A program made the translations under genes and the position numbers. A stretch of 62,538 nucleotides of DNA, counting the filler, from Deltaproteobacteria bacterium (lineage in GTDB: Bacteria; JAUYMQ01): the NCBI GenBank assembly GCA_030698575.1. It is 11 parts of 11 records of this genome, joined end to end, with 100 filler letters (N's around TTAATTAATTAA, not from the genome) between each part and the next. Parts side by side here need not be neighbours in the genome. Positions count along the whole stretch, not along the records: positions 1 to 11,767 come from JAUYMQ010000091.1; positions 11,868 to 16,632 come from JAUYMQ010000094.1; 9 more parts are not named here. One strand, 5' to 3'. Numbering within the stretch: the stretch's first letter is position 1; the number at the start of each line of letters is the position of its first letter. Of the stretch, positions 7,872-16,732 are shown in pieces. The notes beneath the pieces are model-generated. The model was not told the DNA's origin. It ran no database searches and saw only the letters and a list, made by a program, of their open reading frames with translations.

Positions 7872-9545
7872 ATGTTGGATGCGTTTCAGATCCGGGTCCG
7901 TTTTCGGAAAGCCGGTCGTCTGCTGGTTGCCTCGGCGGGATTCATTTTCGCCGCCGCTCTCGTCACGCCCGCCCCGGCGGCGGCGGAGACCGAATTCCGC
8001 GCAATCGACGGGACGGGCAACAATCTGTCGAACTCCGCCTGGGGCTCCGCCGGCGACCAGCTGCTTCGGACGACCACGGTCGACTACGGTGACGGCGTAT
8101 GGACGCCGGCCGGCGCAGATAGGCCGAGCGCCCGCGAGATCAGCAACCTCGTCTGCGCCCAGGGCTCGCTCCTGCCCATCTCCGTTCCCGTGACGAGCTT
8201 CGTCTGGCAGTGGGGGCAGTTCCTCGATCACGACATCGACCTCACCGCGGGCGGCGCCCCGGCGGAACCCTTCGACATACCCGTGCCCCTGGGTGACCCC
8301 TACTTCGATCCCTTCGGGACCGGAACGCAGGTGATCGCGGTCGACCGCTCCGTCTACGATCCGGCTACGGGAACCGCCTCCGGCAACCCGCGGCAGCAGA
8401 TGAACCTGATCACGGCTTACATCGACGCGTCCAACGTCTACGGTTCCGATTCCGTTCGCGCCGCGGCGCTCAGAACGAACGACGGCACGGGGCGCCTGAA
8501 GACGAGCGCCGGTGATCTGCTCCCCTTCAACACCGGCGGTCTTCCCAACGCGGGCGGGACGAGCCCGAGCCTCTTCCTGGCCGGCGACGTGCGGGCGAAC
8601 GAGCAGGTGGGCCTCACGGCGCTGCACACGCTCTTCGTACGCGAGCACAACCGCGTCGCCGCGAGGATCCATCACCACGAGCCCGAGCTGTCTGACGACG
8701 AGATTTACGAACGGGCGCGGCGCATCGTGAGCGCCGAGATGCAGGTGATCACCTACAAGGAGTTCCTGCCGTACCTGCTGGGCCCCGGCGCGCTGGCCCC
8801 CTACACCGGCTACGATCCAGACGTCGATCCCGGGATCGGCAACATCTTCTCGACCGCTTCCTATCGCTTCGGCCACAGCATGCTTCCCGACGAGCTTCTC
8901 CGGCTCGACCAGAAGGGGGTGGACATCCCCCAGGGCAATCTGCCTCTCCGGAACGCCTTCTTCGCGCCCGGCGTGATCGTGAACGAAGGAGGGATCGATC
9001 CCCTTCTACGCGGGCTCGCCGCGCAGCGGCCACAGGAAGTCGACGCGATGCTCGTAGATGACATCCGGAACTTCCTCTTCGGGCCGCCCGGATCCGGCGG
9101 CTTCGACCTGGCCTCCCTCAATCTTCAGCGCGGCCGGGATCACGGGCTCCCGGGCTACAACCAGACCCGTGCCGACATGGGCCTGGCTCCGGCCGCCACC
9201 TTCGCGGACATCACTTCCGACCCGGCGCTCCAGGCGGCACTCCAGCAGGCCTACGGGACGGTGGATCAGGTGGAGGCCTGGGTGGGCGGGCTTTCCGAGG
9301 ATCACCTGCCCGGTGCGCTCGTCGGCGAGCTGGTCTTCACCGTGCTCAGGGAGCAGTTCGAAAGGCTGCGCGACGGGGATCGGTTCTGGTACGAGAATTC
9401 CTTCTCGAAGTCCGAGATCTCCCGGCTCGAGAAGACGCGGCTCTCGGACATCATCCGTCGCAACACCGGGATCGGGGGGGAGATCCAGAAGGACGTCTTC
9501 GTCCTGCGCGGCCAACATCTCCATCATCACGATCACGGCCACTGA
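7872..9545 (+). CDS. Secreted animal-type heme peroxidase (peroxidase-cyclooxygenase superfamily)
   Basis: Signal peptide; RAIDGTGNN, WGQFLDHDI, ITAYIDASNVYG, GDVRANE, REHN, RFGHS, QRGRDHG, LRDGDRFWYE; His-rich C-terminus. Confidence 0.93.
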   Translation: MLDAFQIRVRFRKAGRLLVASAGFIFAAALVTPAPAAAETEFRAIDGTGNNLSNSAWGSAGDQLLRTTTVDYGDGVWTPAGADRPSAREISNLVCAQGSLLPISVPVTSFVWQWGQFLDHDIDLTAGGAPAEPFDIPVPLGDPYFDPFGTGTQVIAVDRSVYDPATGTASGNPRQQMNLITAYIDASNVYGSDSVRAAALRTNDGTGRLKTSAGDLLPFNTGGLPNAGGTSPSLFLAGDVRANEQVGLTALHTLFVREHNRVAARIHHHEPELSDDEIYERARRIVSAEMQVITYKEFLPYLLGPGALAPYTGYDPDVDPGIGNIFSTASYRFGHSMLPDELLRLDQKGVDIPQGNLPLRNAFFAPGVIVNEGGIDPLLRGLAAQRPQEVDAMLVDDIRNFLFGPPGSGGFDLASLNLQRGRDHGLPGYNQTRADMGLAPAATFADITSDPALQAALQQAYGTVDQVEAWVGGLSEDHLPGALVGELVFTVLREQFERLRDGDRFWYENSFSKSEISRLEKTRLSDIIRRNTGIGGEIQKDVFVLRGQHLHHHDHGH

Positions 9546-9700
9546 GCGCCCTGCAACGTTTACATCCCGAATAACGCTTCCCGCCAGATGTCACTTTGAC
9601 GCGACAGGACTCAGGGCCTAGGATGGCTCCGGGTGGAGTTCCTGGCCGTTGGCCGCCCGATGATCGTCCGAGGTCCGCACCGTTTTAGGAGGGGGGAGAC

Positions 9701-10372
9701 ATGAATCCGCGAACACCGATCAGGAACGCAATCTGGGCCGTCACGATCCTGCTTGCCTTCGGAACGCTCGGAAGCAACGGGAGCTGCGCCGACATGGCGG
9801 GGCCGAATTACGGCCCCGGGAACCAGGGGGGCTACGGGCAGCCGGGCTCGGGAGGGGGCCAGACCTACAACCAGCCCACCTTCAACAATTACCGGGTCGA
9901 CTGGTGCCTCAACTGGGGGGCAAACTGCGGGGGACCCGCCGCGACGGAGTTTTGCCATCGTATGGGCTACTCGCAAGCCACGGCGTGGACCCAGGCCCAG
10001 AACATCGGGAGCTTCTCGCCCACCCTGTTGCTGGGCGACGGCGCCGTGTGCAACCAGCCGGGCTGCGACGGATTCGACAGCATCACCTGCACCAGTGGCG
10101 GAGCGCCTCCGGGCCAGGGGGGCGGCCAGCAGCAGGGTACCTTCTTCGAGGAGCCCGGCACCGACCGGCCGGGAATGAACTACCGGAACGTTGTTCTCAA
10201 CAACCCCGACCCCAAGAACTGCAAGAACCTCTGCCGGAAGGACGGGGCCGTCTGCCGTGCGTTCACCTATGTGAATCCCGGGGTGCAGGGGCCCCAGGCG
10301 CGCTGCTATCTGAAGAACGGGGTGCCGGCCCCGGTGGCCGACAACTGCTGCCACTCGGGCGTCAAAAAGTGA
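9701..10372 (+). CDS. Secreted Cys-rich protein with C-terminal PAN/Apple domain
   Basis: AGGAGG RBS, signal peptide, DWC...CG...A..FC...GY domain, DRPGMNY...C...C...CRAFTY...CYLK...CCHSG. Confidence 0.8.
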   Translation: MNPRTPIRNAIWAVTILLAFGTLGSNGSCADMAGPNYGPGNQGGYGQPGSGGGQTYNQPTFNNYRVDWCLNWGANCGGPAATEFCHRMGYSQATAWTQAQNIGSFSPTLLLGDGAVCNQPGCDGFDSITCTSGGAPPGQGGGQQQGTFFEEPGTDRPGMNYRNVVLNNPDPKNCKNLCRKDGAVCRAFTYVNPGVQGPQARCYLKNGVPAPVADNCCHSGVKK

Positions 10373-10373
10373 G

Positions 10374-10934
10374 TCAGGCGTTCGACCGGCGCCCGGAGGT
10401 AAAACTTTCCGCCAATTCCGGCGGCGCCGGTTCGAGATCAACGCCGAGTGTTTCCAGGAAGCGCGCGATCAGCATGTAGTAACCGATGGTGATCACGAGT
10501 TCCGCGATCTCCTGGGATGAGAACCGACCGAGCGCCTCGGCGAAGATCGGATCGGAGACCCGGACCTGGCGGACGCACTCGTCTGTGAAGCGGACGACGA
10601 GGCCCGCCGCATCATCGAGCCCGCCCGGCGCCTCCTCGCGAATCGCCGCAATCTCGTCATCGGTCACGCCGACCGCCCTTCCGATCGCCTCGTGCTGTGT
10701 CCACTCGTAGTCCGCGCGGGAGAGCACGGCCACGCGGAGGATGGCAATCTCGCGAAGGCGGGCGTCGAGCCTCTGCCGTCCAAGCACCGATGCGCCGAGC
10801 CGCAAGAGGTCGGGCATGCAGGTAGGCGCCTGGAGCATCATGCGCATCACGTTGAGCTTGACCGGGAGCTTCTCGAACATCGCTCGGGCCTTCTCCGGCG
10901 CTTCCTGTGGATCGGGATAGGGTATCCTGGCCAA
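10374..10934 (-). CDS. Carboxymuconolactone decarboxylase (AhpD-like) family protein
   Basis: TTG start with AAGGAGG; LREIAILRVA...YEWTQH...ELVITIGYY. Confidence 0.88.
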   Translation of the reverse strand: MARIPYPDPQEAPEKARAMFEKLPVKLNVMRMMLQAPTCMPDLLRLGASVLGRQRLDARLREIAILRVAVLSRADYEWTQHEAIGRAVGVTDDEIAAIREEAPGGLDDAAGLVVRFTDECVRQVRVSDPIFAEALGRFSSQEIAELVITIGYYMLIARFLETLGVDLEPAPPELAESFTSGRRSNA

Positions 10935-10988
10935 AGCTGTCCTCCTTGAGTTGTGGAATTTCAGGGATTTCCGGGAAGGAGAGCACGT

Positions 10989-11767
10989 TTGAAACGCCTC
11001 TGCTTTCTTATCATGGCTTTCCTCTCAATGTTATCCCTCACGGGCTGCGGGGAGCGCCCCGCCCCCCGGCCCAACGTCATTCTCATCACCGTCGACACCC
11101 TGCGCGCCGATCGGCTCGGCTGCTACGGCAATTCCCTCGGCCTCACGCCGAGCATCGACGCGCTGGCGCGCCGGAGCGCGCGCTTCGCTGCCGCATACGC
11201 ATCAGCCCCCTCCACCTTTCCCTCCGTTGTTTCGCTGTTGACGGGAAACCATCCCGAGAGCAGTGGCGCCGTGAACAACTACGGCTTCCTGCCTCCGGAC
11301 GTCCCGACAATCGCCGGGCATCTTCGCGGGATGGGGTGGCGGACGGCGGCCGTCGTGAGCAACTACGTCCTCTCGGAGCGCGCGGGACTCGGCGCGGGGT
11401 TCGACCGCTACGACGCGACCTTTCCGCAGACCGAGGCGGTGTGGAAGAATCCGGAGCGCATCGCAGCCGAGACGCGATCCGCGGCGCTGGCGCTGGTCGA
11501 CTCGTTCGACCGGGGCAGTTCGCCGCTCTTCCTGTGGGTCCACTTCCAGGATCCGCACGGGCCCTACGTGCCGCCGGACGATCTCGCGGACCGCTACCTC
11601 GAAGCTGAGCGCGCCGCGCCCGACGGACAGGTTCTGTTGCCCCTTTCGAATAACGTCCGCGGGCTAGGGGGGATCCCGACCTATCAGGTGGTCGCGGGCC
11701 GCAGGCACGCCGCGGAGTACCGCGCCGCGTACGACGGCGAGGTGCGCTACGCGGACGCCGAGATCGG
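10989..11767 (+). CDS. Sulfatase-family lipoprotein (3' truncated by spacer)
   Basis: Lipobox LTGC, NVILITVDTLRAD, TPSID, TFPSVVSLLTG, HFQDPHGPY, YDGEVRYAD. Confidence 0.88.
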
Positions 11768-11867
11768 NNNNNNNNNNNNNNNNNNNNNNNNNNNNNNNNN
11801 NNNNNNNNNNNTTAATTAATTAANNNNNNNNNNNNNNNNNNNNNNNNNNNNNNNNNNNNNNNNNNNN
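11768..11867. other. Artificial contig spacer; identical spacers at 16633-16732, 20623-20722, 24125-24224, 27043-27142, 30975-31074, 40620-40719, 44405-44504, 50104-50203, 56918-57017
   Basis: N44-TTAATTAATTAA-N44, a six-frame stop linker; genes are cut on both sides. Confidence 0.99.
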
Positions 11868-12017
11868 CTTGCACGCCGCCGGCAAGGCAGCGGAAACCAC
11901 GGAGAAACCAGGAAACGGCGACCAGCCGTCCTTGACCGGCAAGACGTTTGAGAACGCATCCGATGCATCCGGCGCAAAATCGGCCCGGTCGGGCTCGTAT
12001 TTGGGCCAGGGGAGCAT
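11868..12017 (-). CDS. Phage tail nozzle/packaged-DNA stabilization protein, N-terminus (truncated)
   Basis: MLPWPKYEPD...NVLPVKDGWSPFP; position after the adaptor gene. Confidence 0.6.
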
Positions 12018-12032
12018 CAGCCAAGACCGCCG

Positions 12033-12683
12033 CTAATCGCCGGAATTGATGTTGAAACCACCCACACTGACCAGGGCGGCATCGGTACGGAGCGGCGCAC
12101 CCGAGTTAGACCTGGCTTGAAGCCAGCGAACACCGGCAATGGCCTGCCGGAGCCGTGCCTCGTATTTCAGGGCAACCGCGTCGTCATCCTCCCAATTCGC
12201 GGCCTCGGCCAGAACCGCGAACAAATAAACATTGGGATGGTTGGTCAGCAGCCAGTTCGGGTCTGTCGTGGCCAGATCGAACAGCTTCTTGCGGTAGCGG
12301 AAAGAAAACGTATGAGCCTGATCGCAGGGCTTATCGAGGTCGATGTTCGATCCGTTGATCATCCATGCCGATGGCGTGCCGGATGTCGTGCCGAGTTCGT
12401 AATTCCCGGCGACGATGGGCGCGAGTCTTTCCCGTTCCCCGAACGTGGTCAGAAAAAGCGCGACCGGCTCCAGGAAATCGCTCGGCAAGGCAATCTCGCG
12501 CGAATCCAGCGTTCCGGCGAGGCTGGTATCGACCTCGGCGGTGCGAACCGCAAGCTCGACGTTCAGCCGCGATTCCGCCAGCGAAACGAACTCGTCGAGA
12601 CGGTCGGTGAAGGTCGTGTCGGCGCGCCCGCTGTTCCAGTTCTGAACAGCCGTTTTCAGTTCGGAAAGCGAGGTGATGGCCAC
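12033..12683 (-). CDS. Phage head-tail adaptor protein
   Basis: MAITSLSELKTAVQNW...FVSLAESRLN...LPSDFLE...NWLLTNHPNVYLFAVLAEA, typical podovirus adaptor. Confidence 0.75.
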   Translation of the reverse strand: MAITSLSELKTAVQNWNSGRADTTFTDRLDEFVSLAESRLNVELAVRTAEVDTSLAGTLDSREIALPSDFLEPVALFLTTFGERERLAPIVAGNYELGTTSGTPSAWMINGSNIDLDKPCDQAHTFSFRYRKKLFDLATTDPNWLLTNHPNVYLFAVLAEAANWEDDDAVALKYEARLRQAIAGVRWLQARSNSGAPLRTDAALVSVGGFNINSGD

Positions 12684-12701
12684 GGCGCGGTCTCCCGATG
12701 C

Positions 12702-14084
12702 TTACGCGGCGTTCTTCAGGGGCGGCCCGAGTCTGCCAACGCACCACGGACGCTGCTGCGTGCCGGCCGGCACGCATGTCATGTTCGGTCCACGTACCCG
12801 ATTCACATCGTCCATGATCACCGCCGCATCCGGTCGCACTATTTTGCGTTGTTCAACGCTTTCCTTCCTGATCGGCCATGAGCGATTGACTCCCCCTCCC
12901 CCGTTCCGACGTGGCCCGTCGATCACAACCATTGCCGCACCCAAGCCATCGATCTGCTTGCCGATGCTGTACCAGTCATCAATGACCGGCGCGCACAGAA
13001 TGCGTGCCTCAAGCTTGAATGCCTGAAGAACACGATCCACCCTTTCCGCCCAGAGCCGGTCCTGCTCGCATGCGACCAGTTTCAGCCCCCGCGTTTTCGC
13101 CGCCGCCGCCAACACCAGCGTCGTAAGCCCAGAACCGCATTCGAGGATTGTTGAACCCTCCGGCAGATTAAGGGCCATACGATAGGCCGCCTCAACGAAA
13201 TCCGGCGGCGCGGCCCACGGCTTGTTGCCCCATGTATTGGCCATTTCTTGAAATACGGCACTGTCAACATCGACCAGGGCATCGGGATCAAATTTGAATA
13301 CCTGCTCCTCCGCCGGCAATGGCTCGTCCGCTTTCTGCCGTGGCTTGGTCGCCGGATCGATGTCCGGGTCGATATGCCGTCGCTTATGCTCGTCTTTCTC
13401 AAGATACTGCGCAAATTTACCAACCCATCGGTGCTCGCCGATGTGGGAAAAAGTCATGTTCGGATCGACCACGACTTTGCCGCCTGCCGCAATCCAGCGC
13501 CGACAAAACGTCACGTCGCCGCCGTCGCGCGTCTGTTCTTTGGTATCTGGAATCGTGTTGAAACGCCGCTCGAAGAAGATCGCCGTCTTACCGGCCTTCG
13601 AGACATGCGGCCTCAATTTCTCGAACACCGAGCGCCTGATCCGCATGAAGCCGGTTGGCGCAAAGGATACTTCAAGCAAATCGTTTTCGCGGGCGTGCAG
13701 TATGCGACCGATCGGAAACTTGGTCGGTGTGCATTTCTTTGGATACGCGCCGGCAATCAAATCCTCGTCCCACGTCAAAAGCCGCATGAACGTCTCCGGA
13801 CTCCATTCCACATCGGCGTCGATGAAAACGAGATCGGTGCAGTTGCTCGTGAGGAAATCACGCACCAGAGCATTGCGACCGTCGTCCACATGGCATTCGC
13901 CGTGCATCATTCCCAGTTCGAATGGAATGCCATGCCGCGCAAGTTCGGCTGTCGTCTCGGCAAGTGATTTGGCGTAACCGATTCGGACTCCCTCGTAAGC
14001 GCTTGTAGCAATGAACGGCGAGGTGCCGATTGGCGGACGTGGCGGCGTTCGATAGACTGTTCCCATTAGGATATGTGTCTCCAT
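12702..14084 (-). CDS. Phage glycosyltransferase (GT-A-like) fused to a class I SAM methyltransferase
   Basis: N-terminal GRNALVRDFL...VFIDADVEW (DxD)...PTGFMRIRR...DVTFCRRW...HIG; C-terminal ILECGSGLTT...EQD...VIDGP...IMDD. Confidence 0.75.
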   Translation of the reverse strand: METHILMGTVYRTPPRPPIGTSPFIATSAYEGVRIGYAKSLAETTAELARHGIPFELGMMHGECHVDDGRNALVRDFLTSNCTDLVFIDADVEWSPETFMRLLTWDEDLIAGAYPKKCTPTKFPIGRILHARENDLLEVSFAPTGFMRIRRSVFEKLRPHVSKAGKTAIFFERRFNTIPDTKEQTRDGGDVTFCRRWIAAGGKVVVDPNMTFSHIGEHRWVGKFAQYLEKDEHKRRHIDPDIDPATKPRQKADEPLPAEEQVFKFDPDALVDVDSAVFQEMANTWGNKPWAAPPDFVEAAYRMALNLPEGSTILECGSGLTTLVLAAAAKTRGLKLVACEQDRLWAERVDRVLQAFKLEARILCAPVIDDWYSIGKQIDGLGAAMVVIDGPRRNGGGGVNRSWPIRKESVEQRKIVRPDAAVIMDDVNRVRGPNMTCVPAGTQQRPWCVGRLGPPLKNAA

Positions 14085-14090
14085 TGCAAT

Positions 14091-14117
14091 GGGGGCGGGC
14101 CACCACGACCCGCCCCC
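14091..14117. terminator. GC-rich hairpin between the repeat-protein gene and the GT-MTase gene
   Basis: GGGGGCGGG...CCCGCCCCC 9-bp stem; no strong U-tract on the minus strand. Confidence 0.4.
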
Positions 14118-14130
14118 GTTTCAGGCAAAA

Positions 14131-14646
14131 TCACGAAGAGGCAAACAAGCCGAGTGCCCGCGTCTTGGAGATCAGTTGGTTGATCGCCTTCGCTTGTGCA
14201 CGGCTGTCAGCAATCACCTTGTTCATCGATTCAGCAGAAAGCTGAACATCGGCGATAGCCTTGTTCATCGATTCTGCCGAAAGCTGAGCATCGGTGATCA
14301 TCCGGTTGATCGCCACGGCGTTGGCCGCAGAATCCGCGATGAGCCGATTGATCGCCTTCGCCTGTCCGGTGATGATCGCCCGCATCGTCGTTTCGGCCGT
14401 GATGCCTGTCGTCGCCTTCGTGGTGTCAACAGTGGTGATCGCGGTCGAATCCACGGTGGTGATGGCCGTCGAGTCCACCGTGGTAATCGCGGTCGAGTCC
14501 ACTGTCGTGATGGTGGTCGAGTCCACCGTGGTCACGACGGCTTGCTGCGTTGTGACGGTAGTGACGCCGAAAAAGGCCACCTTACCGCTGGACCGACCGA
14601 CGACTATACCATCGTCGTTGCCGGTATCGAGATATTCGATTGCCAT
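14131..14646 (-). CDS. Phage post-capsid (decoration/spike-like) protein with 8-aa Thr-rich and 14-aa coiled-coil repeats
   Basis: Directly after the coat gene; KVAFFG N-terminal motif, ALGLF C-terminus; (ITTVDSTA)x~5 and (QAKAINRLIADSAA)-like x5. Confidence 0.7.
   Translation of the reverse strand: MAIEYLDTGNDDGIVVGRSSGKVAFFGVTTVTTQQAVVTTVDSTTITTVDSTAITTVDSTAITTVDSTAITTVDTTKATTGITAETTMRAIITGQAKAINRLIADSAANAVAINRMITDAQLSAESMNKAIADVQLSAESMNKVIADSRAQAKAINQLISKTRALGLFASS
14170..14375 (-). repeat. About 42-bp degenerate tandem repeat, ~5 copies
   Basis: Encodes AKAINRLIADS / AVAINRMITDA / AESMNKAIADV / AESMNKVIADS / AKAINQLISKT. Confidence 0.8.
14419..14538 (-). repeat. 24-bp tandem repeat, ~5 copies
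   Basis: GTCGAGTCCACCGTGGT-type units encoding TTVDST(A/T)I. Confidence 0.88.
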
Positions 14647-14674
14647 TGTAGGAAGTCCTTCTGTTCAGGTCATG

Positions 14675-14709
14675 AAAAAGAGGGCCGCCCGCAGGCAGAC
14701 CCCCTTTTT
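14675..14709 (-). terminator. Rho-independent terminator after the coat gene (potentially bidirectional)
   Basis: Minus strand AAAAAGGGGGTCTGCC-TGCG-GGCGGCCCTCTTTTT. Confidence 0.75.
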
Positions 14710-14732
14710 CAGATTAGAACGATGTTCGATGA

Positions 14733-15920
14733 TTAGTTGTTGGCCCAGCGGCACGCCAGTTCTGCGCGTGTCGTCTTGTAGCCGTACAGCACATCGATAC
14801 GACAAGGGAGGTTGTCGTTATTGATGTCGTAGGCGCGGACGATGCGCATGGAGATGCCGTCGAGAACCTGCCGGGATGCGAAATCGACGCCCTTCGGCAT
14901 GATCAGATCGGCCGTCGCGAAGGCGAAGGCGTCACGGTGGAAGCCGAGCGAGATGTTGTGGACAGCGGAGACGCCGCCAACCTTTGTGACGGCCTTGTCA
15001 TTGGCCGCGCCGTTGGTGACGTTCTGCTTCGCCCCGGATGCCACGATGGACGGCGAGATCGCGATGGTCGTGGCGTTCGTGCTGGTATCCGCCGTCACCA
15101 CGAATTGCATCAGCGCTCCGGTGTCCACTTTGGTCTCGGGGTGAACCCGGTTGACGCCGGTAATGGTGATGATATCGCCGGCAAGGAGCGAGCCGGTGCC
15201 GGTATTGACCGTGAGAGACGCCCCGGTCTGCGCCGTCGCGTCGTCGGTCAGATAATCGCCGGTGCCGTCGTCGGTGCCCGTGGTGTGCGCCGGAAGCAGC
15301 GTGTTTTCCATGAAGGCGAAGCCGCCGGTACGGCCGATGTAGCCTTCCCGGTACTGCTTGGCCACTTCCTTGGTGTCATGGAAAAGGCCCTTCAGGGCAT
15401 CCACGAGATCGACATTGTCCTCGGTGTTGATCAGCATGGACAGGTCGTCCTGCGGGCAGAGATTGTCCACCAGCTTCTTGCGGACGTTGGCCACGCCGGC
15501 GAAGGTCGCCGAAGAACCGACATTGCTCACCTGACTGAACACGTCCTTGTACATGCTGAGAGCATCGGATTCGATGTTCGCGGCAAGCACGGACATGGCC
15601 GGCTTGAGGATGCGGTCGCTGAAATCGTCCAGCGACATGGTGAGGTCCGCCGTGGAAAAGTTCACGTCCACGCCCTTCTGGGTCGCGACCTGAAGGGTGA
15701 CGCTCGATTCCGCGGTGTCCTGGGTGTCCAGGGTCTTGCCGGTACGGACCGTGTACTGGTTCGGCAGCCGGATTTTCAGGCTGTCGCCGATCTTGGCGCC
15801 GGACTGGGCGAAGCTGTCATCGTAGGTCCGATTCACGTTCCCGACGAAGTTGAGCTTCTGGTGAAGAATCCGCAGCGCCTCGCGGGTCACTGCGGTTGGA
15901 GTGAGGAGAGAATTCGCCAT
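14733..15920 (-). CDS. Major capsid protein, P22 coat protein family
   Basis: MANSLLTPTAVTREALRILHQKLNF...GAKIGDSLKIRLP...FHRDAFAFATADL...RIDVLYG; AGGAG RBS. Confidence 0.93.
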   Translation of the reverse strand: MANSLLTPTAVTREALRILHQKLNFVGNVNRTYDDSFAQSGAKIGDSLKIRLPNQYTVRTGKTLDTQDTAESSVTLQVATQKGVDVNFSTADLTMSLDDFSDRILKPAMSVLAANIESDALSMYKDVFSQVSNVGSSATFAGVANVRKKLVDNLCPQDDLSMLINTEDNVDLVDALKGLFHDTKEVAKQYREGYIGRTGGFAFMENTLLPAHTTGTDDGTGDYLTDDATAQTGASLTVNTGTGSLLAGDIITITGVNRVHPETKVDTGALMQFVVTADTSTNATTIAISPSIVASGAKQNVTNGAANDKAVTKVGGVSAVHNISLGFHRDAFAFATADLIMPKGVDFASRQVLDGISMRIVRAYDINNDNLPCRIDVLYGYKTTRAELACRWANN

Positions 15921-16020
15921 TTCAAGGCTCCTTCTGGCAAACCGTCAGGGCACCGCTCGGGCATCCCATGACGATCCGCACTGGGACCGGGCGTCTCACG
16001 ACGCTCGATTCAGTTGACGA

Positions 16021-16632
16021 TCAGTAGTCGCGCTTAGCGGCCACCTGCTTGTTTCGCTGCCGCTGCCATTCGTCAATCGGAAGATCGTCGGTCAGGCCGG
16101 TCCTGGCCGGCGCGCGTCCTTGCGCGGGCTTGGTCAGCGGCTTGACTTCGGTCTTCGGCTTGGGCTTCACGGCGTCGCGCTGCGTCTTGCGCAGCTTGTC
16201 TCGTACCTGGGCGCCCTCGTAAGCCTCTCTCATCAGTTTCACGGCGCGCACGTCGCGGATCGCGGCTATTTCCTGATCCGTGTATCCGAGCGAGCGGGCG
16301 AACTGCGTCAGTTTGAGGTTGAGTTCGGGGCTCCAGTCCTTGATTTCTTTCGTCAGGGCGTTGCGGTATTCCTCCGCGCGCTTAGCGGCTTCGCGCTGCG
16401 CGACCTGAGACCGTTCCTGCTCCTTGGCCCGGATCGCCTCGACCTGATCGGTGCGGGCATCCCTGACCTGTTGATAGGCTCTGTAGTGCCGCTGGGCTGC
16501 GAGAGGGTCTTCCTCTTCCAGCTTGGCCCAATCGACATCTTTGTACTGCGCAAGGTGGTTGTCGTACGCTTGCAATTGGGCATAGTCGCCCAGCAACTCC
16601 TGGTGCGACTGGGCTTGCTGCTGGAAAGTCTT
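16021..16632 (-). CDS. Phage scaffolding protein, C-terminal part
   Basis: Helical, charged, VDWAKLEEEDP motif; basic C-terminus; immediately upstream of the coat gene. Confidence 0.7.
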   Translation of the reverse strand, partial: KTFQQQAQSHQELLGDYAQLQAYDNHLAQYKDVDWAKLEEEDPLAAQRHYRAYQQVRDARTDQVEAIRAKEQERSQVAQREAAKRAEEYRNALTKEIKDWSPELNLKLTQFARSLGYTDQEIAAIRDVRAVKLMREAYEGAQVRDKLRKTQRDAVKPKPKTEVKPLTKPAQGRAPARTGLTDDLPIDEWQRQRNKQVAAKRDY

Positions 16633-16732
16633 NNNNNNNNNNNNNNNNNNNNNNNNNNNNNNNNNNNNNNNNNNNNTTAATTAATTAANNNNNNNNNNNN
16701 NNNNNNNNNNNNNNNNNNNNNNNNNNNNNNNN

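Larger units (their letters stand above)
11868..16632 (-). mobile_element. Phage/prophage contig 1: P22-like podovirus virion module
   Basis: Co-oriented scaffold, coat, decoration-like, GT-MTase, adaptor and nozzle genes; lower GC than neighbouring contigs. Confidence 0.9.

Noticed and set aside
11213-11230. Sulfatase with Thr in place of the Cys/Ser nucleophile (TFPSV)
   Set aside because: TxPS variants are common in this sulfatase-like subfamily and the gene is truncated
11812-11823. Recurrent palindromic TTAATTAATTAA as a biological repeat, att site or CRISPR repeat
   Set aside because: Always centred in N runs at contig joins; a synthetic six-frame stop linker
14419-14538. 24-bp repeats as a CRISPR array
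   Set aside because: No spacers, in-frame coding repeats with synonymous variation, no cas genes
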